Below are positions 11,649 to 20,543 of a stretch of 64,000 bases of DNA, in pieces. The notes beneath the pieces are model-generated. The model saw only the letters and a list, made by a program, of their open reading frames with translations. It did no database searches and was not told the origin of the DNA. Origin of the DNA: Alistipes senegalensis (GTDB lineage: Bacteria > Bacteroidota > Bacteroidia > Bacteroidales > Rikenellaceae); assembly GCA_023665825.1 (NCBI GenBank), contig JAMPDE010000002.1, positions 87,524-151,523 of the forward strand, written 5' to 3'. Both the position numbers and the translations under genes were made by a program. Within the stretch, counting starts at the first letter, position 1, and each line of letters starts with the position of its first letter.

Positions 11649-11849
11649 TTACTTCTGATTTTCCCGTCGGGGATTCGGTTTCGGACAGGCCGGTGCTTGC
11701 TTGCCCGGCTTTCGGAGCGGACACTCCGTTTCGTCGCAGGCGGCGCATCCGCTTCGGCTGCGTCCCGTAGCGAACCGATAGAGCCCGCGTGCGATAATAC
11801 TGGCTATCGCAGCTCCGATAGCCCATACGATGAGGGTTTGCCAATCCAT
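11649..11849 (-). CDS. FeoB-associated Cys-rich membrane protein
   Basis: MDWQTLIVWAIG TM helix then GCAACDETEC. Starts 4 nt after the feoB stop. Confidence 0.8.
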   Translation of the reverse strand: MDWQTLIVWAIGAAIASIIARGLYRFATGRSRSGCAACDETECPLRKPGKQAPACPKPNPRRENQK

Positions 11850-11853
11850 GCCG

Positions 11854-14337
11854 TCAGATCCACAGAACGAGGTGATAGACCGCCCACGCCACAATCCATG
11901 CCAATCCCGTGTTGTAAAGCAGGGTCAGTACGGCCCATTTCCAACCCGCTTCGCTTCCGATAGCCGTTACTGTTGCGATGCAGGGGAAATAGAGCAGAAT
12001 GAAGACCAAAAAAGCGAGCACCGATGCGGTCGTGAAATCCCCGCTGGCGATCAGCCGTTTCGAGAGCACGGACGCATCTTCGTCCAGCGCGGCGTCGGGC
12101 GTTGTCAATACTTCCGTTACGCCTTCCGCCCCGCCGATGACCGCGATGTCGGAATCCACTTCGACGTGCAGTTCGCGGGGCGCTTCGTTTTCGGAGTAGA
12201 GCACTCCGAGCGTGCTGACGACGATTTCTTTTGCCGGTACCCCCGAAAGCAGTGCGACACCCGCTTTCCAGTTCAACCCCAGCGGACGGAATACCGGTTC
12301 GCAGGCCTTGCCCAGCCGGCCGAGATAGGAGTTTTCGTAATGGGTCGTGGGGCTATCGACGGTTTCGAGGGATGCGGTCGGGCGCGGATAGTAGCTCAAA
12401 AACCACACGGCGATCGACGCCACGAGAATCATTCCGCCCATCTTTTGCAGATATTGCGCGCATTTGTCCCACATGTGCGAGAGTGTCCTCTTCCATGTCG
12501 GCAGACGATAGGGCGGCAGCTCCATGACGAAAGGCGTTTCGTCTACCGGAAAAAGGAAACGGCGCATCAGCCGGGCGGTCAGTATGGCGACGAGTACGCC
12601 TAAAAGATAGAGTCCCGTCATGACCCAAACGGCATTCGATGCGAAAAACGTACCGGCCAGCAGTAGGTAGATCGGTATTCGTGCACTGCATGACATGAAC
12701 GGGGTTATCAGTATGGTAATCAGTCGGCTGCTTCGGCTTTCGATCGTCCGGCAGGCCATGATGGCCGGCACATTGCAGCCGAAGCCCATGACGAGCGGAA
12801 TGAACGATTTGCCGTGCAGGCCCAGCCGGTGCATCACGCGGTCCATGATGAACGCCGCACGGGCCAGATAGCCCGAATCCTCCATGAACGAGATAAAGAG
12901 GTAGAGAATCATGATGTTCGGAAGAAAGACGATAACCGATCCCACGCCGCCGATGATGCCGTCCGACAGCAGGTCGCGCAGTACACCTGCGGGCAGCAGG
13001 GCATCGACGGCCCGGCCGATCCAGCCGACCAGCGTGTCGATCCACTCCTGCGGATAGGCCCCCAGATTGAACGTGCACCAGAACATCAGCCCCATGAGCA
13101 GGAAGAAAATCGGAAATCCCCACAGCTTGTGCGTGACGAACGTGTCGATGAGGGCGGTCGTCGAGGCTTCCTCGCGCCGGCCTGCCGTGTAGGTCTCTTT
13201 CAGTGCTCCCGAAATGAAGCCGTATTTTTGGTTCGCGATGGCCGTTTCGACATCTTCACCCAACGCTTCGGTGATGCGTCGTGCTTCGCGGTCGCGCATC
13301 TCCGTCCATTCGGCGAAACGGGCGCAGTGTTTGAGACGGTCTTCGATTTCTCGATCGCCTTCCAAGAGTTTCAGGGCGTAGTAGCGCGGTGGAAAGGCTT
13401 TGGGTAGTTCGTCGCGGCAGGCTCCGACGGCGGCGTTGAGCTTCTGCAAACCCGCTTCGATGACCGAGCCTTGATTGATGTGGATGTGGCGCACGCGGTT
13501 GTCCTGATTCTCGTACACGTCGATGACCGTGTCTAGCAATTCGTTGATTCCTTTGTTGTTGCGCGCTTCGACCGGAACCATTGGTACACCCAGCATCCGG
13601 CCCAGACTGTCGTAATCGAGTTTCGCGCCGCTGGCGTTCAGCTCATCGTACATGTTCAGCGCCACCACCATGCGGGGATTGATGTCGATGAGTTCGGTCG
13701 TCAGATAGAGGTTGCGTTCGAGGTTCGACGCCACGACCGAGTTGATGATGACGTCGGGCGTCTTTTCGGCGATATGACGCCGCACGAAACGTTCTTCGGG
13801 GGTGTAGGCCGACAGTGCATAGGTGCCGGGCAGGTCGGTGACCTCGAACCGGTAGCCGCGATAGCTGCGGTAGCCGAGCTTGGCTCCGACGGTTACGCCG
13901 CTGTAATTGCCTACGTGTTCGCGTCCGCCCGATATGGCGTTGAACAGCGAGGTCTTGCCGCTGTTCGGATTGCCCACCAGTGCGACCGTGATGATGCGGC
14001 TTTGACGCGTGATGATTTCATCGGTATTGCGGCAGTCGTCGGTCTCTTCCGACGGGTACTCGGCAAAAGGACGCTCCGATTGCTGTTGTTTTTCGAGCAG
14101 TTCCCGGACTTCGGCATCCGAGAGCACGACGATCATTTCGGCCTCGCTGCGTCGCAACGAGATGTCGTACCCCATGATGCGGTATTCGATAGGGTCTTCG
14201 AGCGGCGCGTTGAGCAGCACTTCGACCCGCTTGCTGCGGACGAATCCCATCTCCATGATGCGGCGGCGGAATCCGCCGTGTCCCAATACCTTCAGAATCG
14301 TGGCCGATTCGCCGGTTTTCAGTTCGGAAAGACGCAT
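11854..14337 (-). CDS. feoB: Ferrous iron transporter FeoB with N-terminal FeoA domain
   Basis: FeoA domain, G1 GNPNSGKT, VGNYSGVTV, DLPGTY, GFGCNVPA, PFMSCSARIP. Confidence 0.96.
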   Translation of the reverse strand: MRLSELKTGESATILKVLGHGGFRRRIMEMGFVRSKRVEVLLNAPLEDPIEYRIMGYDISLRRSEAEMIVVLSDAEVRELLEKQQQSERPFAEYPSEETDDCRNTDEIITRQSRIITVALVGNPNSGKTSLFNAISGGREHVGNYSGVTVGAKLGYRSYRGYRFEVTDLPGTYALSAYTPEERFVRRHIAEKTPDVIINSVVASNLERNLYLTTELIDINPRMVVALNMYDELNASGAKLDYDSLGRMLGVPMVPVEARNNKGINELLDTVIDVYENQDNRVRHIHINQGSVIEAGLQKLNAAVGACRDELPKAFPPRYYALKLLEGDREIEDRLKHCARFAEWTEMRDREARRITEALGEDVETAIANQKYGFISGALKETYTAGRREEASTTALIDTFVTHKLWGFPIFFLLMGLMFWCTFNLGAYPQEWIDTLVGWIGRAVDALLPAGVLRDLLSDGIIGGVGSVIVFLPNIMILYLFISFMEDSGYLARAAFIMDRVMHRLGLHGKSFIPLVMGFGCNVPAIMACRTIESRSSRLITILITPFMSCSARIPIYLLLAGTFFASNAVWVMTGLYLLGVLVAILTARLMRRFLFPVDETPFVMELPPYRLPTWKRTLSHMWDKCAQYLQKMGGMILVASIAVWFLSYYPRPTASLETVDSPTTHYENSYLGRLGKACEPVFRPLGLNWKAGVALLSGVPAKEIVVSTLGVLYSENEAPRELHVEVDSDIAVIGGAEGVTEVLTTPDAALDEDASVLSKRLIASGDFTTASVLAFLVFILLYFPCIATVTAIGSEAGWKWAVLTLLYNTGLAWIVAWAVYHLVLWI

Positions 14338-14442
14338 GACTTGTAGCTTCGTTCACCCAATCGGAGGCGAAGTTACGGCTTTCCGGCGAATTTATCAATC
14401 GCAATTTGTAGGTATATTGCCTCTGCCCTGCGCGTGCGGCGG

Positions 14443-15834
14443 TTACTGCACGTTCTGCTGTTCGTGTGCTTCGTATGCCCCGAATCCGCCGCCCAATGCC
14501 TTGCACAGGTCGACGTAGTTGATGTATTGCTGCGCGACCAGATTTGCGAGCTGCAGCTGCGAATCGTAGAGGTCGCGTTGGGTGTCGAGCACGTTGAAAT
14601 AATCGGATATGCCGCTGCGGTAGCGTGCTTGGGTCATTTCGGCGATTTTTCGGTTGGCTGCGACCAGTTCGGTGTAGCGTTCGGTTTGCAGCCGATAGGT
14701 GTCGATGGCGTCGAGTGCCGTCTCGACCTCCGAAAAGGCACTCAACACGCTTTGCTCGTATCGGTGCATTGCTTGTTCGTAGCGGGCCATTGCCGCTTGT
14801 TCCGAGCGTTTCAGTTTGCCGAATGCGAAAATCGGTGCCGTAATCGACCCTGCGGCGTCCCATGCCCAAGAACCGGAACGCGTCAGCCCTTTGAGCGATG
14901 CCGATGCGACGCCGCCTTTGGCGGTCAGCCCGATGGACGGGAACCGCGCACTGCGGGCCATGCCCACTTCGGCCGCTGCTGCGAGCAGCGAATAGCGGCT
15001 TTCCATCAGGTCGGGCCGCCGGTCGAGCAAATCGGATGGCAGTCCGACCGGAATATCCATCCGTATCGCGATATGTTCGAGCTGGATGCCCGCATCGGTG
15101 CGCTCGGGTTGCGGGGCGGTTTCGCCCAACAGCACGGCCAGCGACAGCCGTGCATCCTCGACCGCCTGTTCGTAACGCGGGATGTCGGCTTCCGCTTCGT
15201 ATACCAGACTTCGGGCTTGCGCAAGGGCCACGCCGTCCGACATGCCGTAACGGTGCATCGAATCGATCAGTGCGGCCGATTCGTACCGGATGCGGTAGCT
15301 GCTGCGAGCAATCGACAGTGCTTCTTCGTATTCGAGCAACTCGAAGTAGGTCGTCGCGACTTGGGCGGCCAGCGACAGCCGGACACCGTTGTAAGCCCAT
15401 ATCGTCGATGCGATCTGCGCTCGTGCCGACCGTCGGGTGTTGCGCAGGGCCCCGAACAGCGAAATTTCCCACGAGAGGGTGGGTTCGACGGCATAGGACT
15501 GCACGATGTGCGTGGCGTCGGTATAGCTTCCGCCCGCCGTGATACCGGCTCCGATTTGCGGCAGGTATTGAGCCCTTACGACGCCCAGATTGGCACGTGC
15601 TTCTTCCACGCGGGCCGCTGCGACCGCAAGGTCGCGGTTGTTGGTCAAGGCGCGTTCGACCAGCCGGTCGAGGAGCGTGTCGCCGAACATGCGCCACCAG
15701 CCGCTGTCGATTTCGTGCAGTTCGGCGAATCCCGGATTGCATTCGTAGCGGTTCGGCAACACTACTTGCGGCGGGTAGAAACGGGGTGCGCAGGCGACGA
15801 GCACCGTCCCGACGAGGAAAAGGAATCGTTTCAT
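14443..15834 (-). CDS. RND efflux outer-membrane lipoprotein (TolC/OprM family)
   Basis: Lipobox LVAC, WWRMFGD, LPSDLLDRRPDL, KALGGG. ATGA overlap with the RND permease. Confidence 0.92.
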   Translation of the reverse strand: MKRFLFLVGTVLVACAPRFYPPQVVLPNRYECNPGFAELHEIDSGWWRMFGDTLLDRLVERALTNNRDLAVAAARVEEARANLGVVRAQYLPQIGAGITAGGSYTDATHIVQSYAVEPTLSWEISLFGALRNTRRSARAQIASTIWAYNGVRLSLAAQVATTYFELLEYEEALSIARSSYRIRYESAALIDSMHRYGMSDGVALAQARSLVYEAEADIPRYEQAVEDARLSLAVLLGETAPQPERTDAGIQLEHIAIRMDIPVGLPSDLLDRRPDLMESRYSLLAAAAEVGMARSARFPSIGLTAKGGVASASLKGLTRSGSWAWDAAGSITAPIFAFGKLKRSEQAAMARYEQAMHRYEQSVLSAFSEVETALDAIDTYRLQTERYTELVAANRKIAEMTQARYRSGISDYFNVLDTQRDLYDSQLQLANLVAQQYINYVDLCKALGGGFGAYEAHEQQNVQ

Positions 15835-18800
15835 GCTTGTGCGGTTTTTTGTGCGCGGCGCCGCTCGAACCGGCCGATGCGGCCGACGAGGTAATAGAGT
15901 GCGGGGTAAAGGAAGATGCCCACAGCTGTCGCGAGCAGCATGCCGCCGACCAATGCCACGCCCATGATGTTCCGTGCGGTGGCATAGACGCCCGTCGCGA
16001 AGACGAGCGGCATGACGCCGAGTATGAATGCGAATGCCGTCATGATGATGGGGCGTACCCGCTGCCGTGCCGCTCCTACGGCGGCATCGACCAGCGACGT
16101 TCCCTTTTCTTGGAAAATGCGGTGCGCATATTCGACCACCAGAATGGCGTTTTTCGCAGCCAGACCGATGAGCATCACGATGGAAATCTGCATGTAGATG
16201 TCGTTGACATAGAGCGTGTCGGCCAAGTGCATCGCGCCCGTCGCGAGCAGTGCGCCCAGCACGGCTACCGGCACGCTCAACAGAATGGCCATCGGCAGCC
16301 CCCACGATTCGTAGAGGGCGGCCAGCGACAGAAAGACGAAAATCAAGGCCAGCAAGTAGACCGTATTGCCCGATTTCGAGGCCTGCGCTTCCTGATAGGA
16401 GGTGCCGCTCCACGCCGTGCCCACGTCATCGGGCAGGACGTTCGCGGCCGTGCGCTCGATGTCGTTCATAACCGTTGCGGTCGACGCACCCGCAGCCGGT
16501 GTAACGTTCAGCGAAATGGAACGGTACAGATTGAATTGCGAGATGTATTCCGCGCCTACGGTATCCTGCACCTCGACGAACGTCGTGACCGGTACGCTTT
16601 CGCCCGAAGCGGAGGTGACGTAATAGCTTTCGAGCGAACGTCCGTCGGTCCGGTATTCGGGAGCGGCTTGGAGGTAGGTTTGATAGAGCTTGCCGAAGCG
16701 GGTGAAGTTGTTGATGTACCGCCCGCCGAGCAGCGCGCCCAGTTCTCCGTAGAACGTGCCCGGGTCGATGCCGGCGGCCAGCATGCGCTCCTTGTCGATT
16801 TTCAGCTTGCGCTGGGGAACGTCGGCGTTGAACGGGGTCGTGACGGAGGCGATGGAGGGCAGTTTTCGCAAAGAGTCGATGAGCGACTCCGCATGCCGGA
16901 GAAGATATTCCGTGCCGCGTCCTTCCAAGTCGAGCACTTCGGCTGATACGCCCGATGCCACGCCCAGTCCCGGAATCGACGGCGGAATGAACGCATAGCA
17001 TTCGGCTCCGGGCACGGCGAAATAGAGTTCGTCGGTGAGTTTCTGCGCGATTTCGGCTGCGGTCAGCTTGCGTTTGTCGTAATCGACCAGCGACGCGAAG
17101 ATGATGCCGCTGTTGGTCGATGCGATGCCGGCCATCATGTTGAAACCGGCAGCGAACGACGTCGAGGCGATTTCGGGCATTTGCCGGATGACGTTTTCGG
17201 CTTGCAGCATCGTTTCGCGCGTCACCTGCAACGACGAGGCTTCGGGTGTCGAAACCATCACCATGACGTAGCCCTGATCCTCTTCGGGCAGGAATCCCGA
17301 CGGCAGCCGCTTCCAGACGACGGCGATGACCGCTACCACGACCGCGAGAAATACCGCCGTGCGTGCCGTGTGCCGGATAAGCGTTGAGGTGAAAGCCGTG
17401 TAGCGGGTCATCTTCCGGTCGAACCAGCGGTTGAAAGCGCCGAAAAAGCCCCGCCGGATTTCATCGCGTTTGCGGAGCATCAGGGCGCACAGTGCCGGCG
17501 AGAGCGTCAGTGCGTTGAACGCCGAAAGGACCACCGACACGGCGATAGTAATGGAAAACTGTTGGAACAGCCGCCCCGTGATGCCGCCCGTGAACGAAAC
17601 CGGCAGAAAAACGGCCAGCAGGACGACCGTCGTCGCGACGATGGGCGACGCGACGTTGCGCATGGCTTCCAGTGCGGCATTGCGGGGCGTCATGCCGGCC
17701 GCGATGTTGACCTGCGTAGCCTCGACCACGATAATGGCATCGTCGACCACCAGTCCGATAGCCAGCACGAGTCCCAACAGCGAAATGATGTTCAGCGTCA
17801 GTCCCAACAGCGGAAAGACGGCGAACGCTCCGATGAGCGATACGGGAATCGCCACGAGCGGAATGACCGTCGCCCGCCAGTCCTGAATGAAAAGAAAGAT
17901 GATGAGAATGACCAATCCCAAAGCAATGAACAGCGTGCGGAAAATGTCCTTGATGCCTGCGCGGATGCTGGTCGTCGAATCGACGATCGACGTCATTTCG
18001 ATGCCGTCGGGAAACCGTTGCCGCAGTTTGCCGATTTCGCTTTTCACCAGTTGGCCTACCTCCATCGCGTTGCTGCCGGGCTGCTGGTACACGACCACCA
18101 GTGTTGTCGGTTTGCCCTCGAACCGCGAACTCATGCCGTAGGTCTGGCTGCCCAGCGAAACATCGGCCACATCGCGAAGCCGGATCTGCTCGCCTGCGGA
18201 GGTCGTCCGCAGTACGATGGCCCCGAACTCGTCGGACGTGGCGAGTTGCGGCGGCAGGGTGACCGTATAGGTGTAGGTCGTCCCGTCCGGTGCGGGTTCC
18301 GCTCCGAATTTGCCGGCCGGATAGATGCTTGCCTGCTGTTCGATGGCCGAGATGACCTCCTCGACGGGAATGGCGTAGTATTTCAGTACGTCGGGACGCA
18401 GCCAGATGCGCATGGCGTATTCTCCGGCTCCCATGATGTCCACTTTGCCCACACCGTTGATTTTCAGCAACTCGTCTTGCAAGTTGAGGTAGGCGTAGTT
18501 CGACAGGAATTCGTCGTCGTAGCGGCCGTCGCTGTGCAGCGCATAGACCAGCAGGAATCCCGACATGGTTTTGCGCGTCGTGACGCCTTGCTGCGTAACC
18601 GCTTCGGGCAGTTGCGGCGTCGCGGTCGCTACGTTGTTCTGGGTGAAAATGGCATCCAGATCAGGATCGGAACCGATGTCGAATGTGACCTGCACGGTCA
18701 TCGAACCGTCGTTCGCGCTCGTGGATTGCAGGTAGAGCATGTCGCTGACGCCCATGATGGCTTGGCCGACGGGCGTGGCGACCGTATTGTCGACCGTTTC

Positions 18801-18962
18801 GGCATCGGCGCCCACGTAGGAAGCCGAAACCTCGACGACCGGCGGCGTGATGTCGGGATATTGTTCGATCGGCAGCCGCACGATGGAACTCAACCCGAGC
18901 AGCACCATCGCGATGGCCAGCGAAATCGCGAATATAGGGCGCGAAATAAAGAATTTTTCCAT
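15831..18962 (-). CDS. RND efflux permease (AcrB/HAE1 family)
   Basis: FFISRPIFA, GLVVDDAIIVVE, AKNAILVVE, RVRPIIMT; 1043 aa. Confidence 0.95.
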   Translation of the reverse strand: MEKFFISRPIFAISLAIAMVLLGLSSIVRLPIEQYPDITPPVVEVSASYVGADAETVDNTVATPVGQAIMGVSDMLYLQSTSANDGSMTVQVTFDIGSDPDLDAIFTQNNVATATPQLPEAVTQQGVTTRKTMSGFLLVYALHSDGRYDDEFLSNYAYLNLQDELLKINGVGKVDIMGAGEYAMRIWLRPDVLKYYAIPVEEVISAIEQQASIYPAGKFGAEPAPDGTTYTYTVTLPPQLATSDEFGAIVLRTTSAGEQIRLRDVADVSLGSQTYGMSSRFEGKPTTLVVVYQQPGSNAMEVGQLVKSEIGKLRQRFPDGIEMTSIVDSTTSIRAGIKDIFRTLFIALGLVILIIFLFIQDWRATVIPLVAIPVSLIGAFAVFPLLGLTLNIISLLGLVLAIGLVVDDAIIVVEATQVNIAAGMTPRNAALEAMRNVASPIVATTVVLLAVFLPVSFTGGITGRLFQQFSITIAVSVVLSAFNALTLSPALCALMLRKRDEIRRGFFGAFNRWFDRKMTRYTAFTSTLIRHTARTAVFLAVVVAVIAVVWKRLPSGFLPEEDQGYVMVMVSTPEASSLQVTRETMLQAENVIRQMPEIASTSFAAGFNMMAGIASTNSGIIFASLVDYDKRKLTAAEIAQKLTDELYFAVPGAECYAFIPPSIPGLGVASGVSAEVLDLEGRGTEYLLRHAESLIDSLRKLPSIASVTTPFNADVPQRKLKIDKERMLAAGIDPGTFYGELGALLGGRYINNFTRFGKLYQTYLQAAPEYRTDGRSLESYYVTSASGESVPVTTFVEVQDTVGAEYISQFNLYRSISLNVTPAAGASTATVMNDIERTAANVLPDDVGTAWSGTSYQEAQASKSGNTVYLLALIFVFLSLAALYESWGLPMAILLSVPVAVLGALLATGAMHLADTLYVNDIYMQISIVMLIGLAAKNAILVVEYAHRIFQEKGTSLVDAAVGAARQRVRPIIMTAFAFILGVMPLVFATGVYATARNIMGVALVGGMLLATAVGIFLYPALYYLVGRIGRFERRRAQKTAQA

Positions 18963-18966
18963 GAAT

Positions 18967-20121
18967 CTATGGCTTTACCGGTGTCGGTTGCGGGTCGCCC
19001 GATTCGGGCTGTCGTTTTACGGGGGCTACTTTGGTGCCGTTGCGGAGTTTCTGTGTCCCGGCCGCTACGACCCATTCGTTGGCGGCGAGCCCTTCGTCGA
19101 TGCTCCACAGTTCACCGTAGGTGTCGCCCATCGTTACCTGCCGATAGGCCACTGTACTGTCCGGTCGTACGACCCATACCGAATGGATGTCTTGCGTCTG
19201 GTTCACGCACCGGCTTGGCACCAGCACGACCCGCCGCGAGGGGCCGACGTTGGCATCCACGCGGGCGAATTCGCCGGGTTTGAGCCGCTGCCCGGGATTG
19301 GGGAACCGCACGACGAGGACGAGGGTGCCGGTTGTCGATGAAATATCCTTGCGCGTATAGGCGTAACGCCCTTTTACGGGATAGACCGTGCCGTCCGAAA
19401 GCGTCAGCCGGATGTCCGACAGCAGACCGGCATTGTCGTACACCGGCGTGTCGCGGCCTGCGGCTTTGAGGTATCGGGCCATCGGAATGGCCACGTCCAC
19501 CGTCAACGTGTCGATGTTCGAGACCGTCGTCAGTACCTCGAACTGGGTGCCCGGCCCCACGTAGTCGCCGATGTGGGCCTGCGTCTTGGCCGCTATGCCG
19601 TCGATAGGGGAGCGCAGCTCCGTGTAGCCTACGTTCATTTCGGCCGAGCGCAGCGATTGTTCCATCGAACGGACATTGGCTTCGGCCGCTTTGTACTGGG
19701 CGGTGTATTGGTCGAGTTGGGCCGCGCTGATGGCGTCGATTTTGGCCAGCGGAACGGCCCGTTCGTAATTGTTGCGGGCTTCGGCCAGTTGCGCGCGGGC
19801 CGATTCGAGCGAGGCCTGCGCTTCGAGCATCGAGGTCGAAAGCTGGGCCGGATCGATGGCGAACAACAACTGCCCCTTGCGGACGGGCGCCCCGCTTTCG
19901 TATCCGGTGGAGAGCAGGTAACCATTGACGCGCGGCTGGATGACCGCGTCGAAATTGCTGGCGAGCGTGCCGATGAAGTGCATGCGGAGCGGCACCTCGT
20001 CGGCCACGGCCTGCACGACATCTACCGGAAGCGGCGGAACGGTTTGCGCAGTGCGTTTCTTTTTGCAACCGGACGCTGCGAGCAGCACGACGAATAGGAG
20101 GAACAATCGAATGAAATTCAT
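18967..20121 (-). CDS. RND efflux periplasmic adaptor (MFP)
   Basis: Lipobox ASGC, IQPRVNGYL, LRSPIDG, LKPGEFARV. Confidence 0.93.
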   Translation of the reverse strand: MNFIRLFLLFVVLLAASGCKKKRTAQTVPPLPVDVVQAVADEVPLRMHFIGTLASNFDAVIQPRVNGYLLSTGYESGAPVRKGQLLFAIDPAQLSTSMLEAQASLESARAQLAEARNNYERAVPLAKIDAISAAQLDQYTAQYKAAEANVRSMEQSLRSAEMNVGYTELRSPIDGIAAKTQAHIGDYVGPGTQFEVLTTVSNIDTLTVDVAIPMARYLKAAGRDTPVYDNAGLLSDIRLTLSDGTVYPVKGRYAYTRKDISSTTGTLVLVVRFPNPGQRLKPGEFARVDANVGPSRRVVLVPSRCVNQTQDIHSVWVVRPDSTVAYRQVTMGDTYGELWSIDEGLAANEWVVAAGTQKLRNGTKVAPVKRQPESGDPQPTPVKP

Positions 20122-20289
20122 CGGGAAGGGATTTTTGTCGGGTAGGCTGGGGCAAAAAACATACCGTCGGAATAATCGGAAGGCGCATTTCGCGCTTTTT
20201 TATGCAAAAAATCCCGCAAAAAATGTTGCGATTCGATTATTTAGCTATCTTTGCAACGATAAACATCCATTATCAAAAATTATAAAAAC

Positions 20290-20463
20290 ATGAAAGAGCT
20301 TGTAAACAAGATTCAGGCAGAGTATGAAGCATTTGCTGCCAACGCGGCTGCTCAGGTAGAAAAAGGCAACAAGGCTGCTGGTACCCGTGCCCGCAAATCG
20401 GCTTTGGAACTTTCGAAATTGATGAAGGAGTTCCGCAAGGCATCCGTCGAAGCTGCGAAATAA
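20290..20463 (+). CDS. Histone H1-like (Hc1 family) small DNA-binding protein
   Basis: 57 aa, absent from the ORF track: MKELVNKIQAEYEAFAANAAAQVEKGNKAAGTRARKSALELSKLMKEFRKASVEAAK. Has its own TATCTTTG promoter element and terminator. Confidence 0.88.
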   Translation: MKELVNKIQAEYEAFAANAAAQVEKGNKAAGTRARKSALELSKLMKEFRKASVEAAK

Positions 20464-20482
20464 TCCGTTCGCAGTCGAAGTG

Positions 20483-20514
20483 AAAAAGCCGTTCCGTGCG
20501 AACGGCTTTTTTTT
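20483..20514 (+). terminator. Intrinsic terminator
   Basis: AAAAAGCCGTTC-CGTGC-GAACGGC followed by a T run. Confidence 0.85.
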
Positions 20515-20543
20515 CATGGATTTTCTCGTTACATTTGCATTTC

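Noticed and set aside
12110-12165. IAVIGGAEGVT segment in a FeoB loop resembling the GGADGPT motif of Na+-decarboxylase beta subunits
   Set aside because: Short match with the key D and P residues changed, in a variable loop; probably chance.
14368-14410. Possible Fur box upstream of feoB (AATTGCGATTGATAAATT on the minus strand)
   Set aside because: Only a loose resemblance to the Fur consensus and no clean palindrome.
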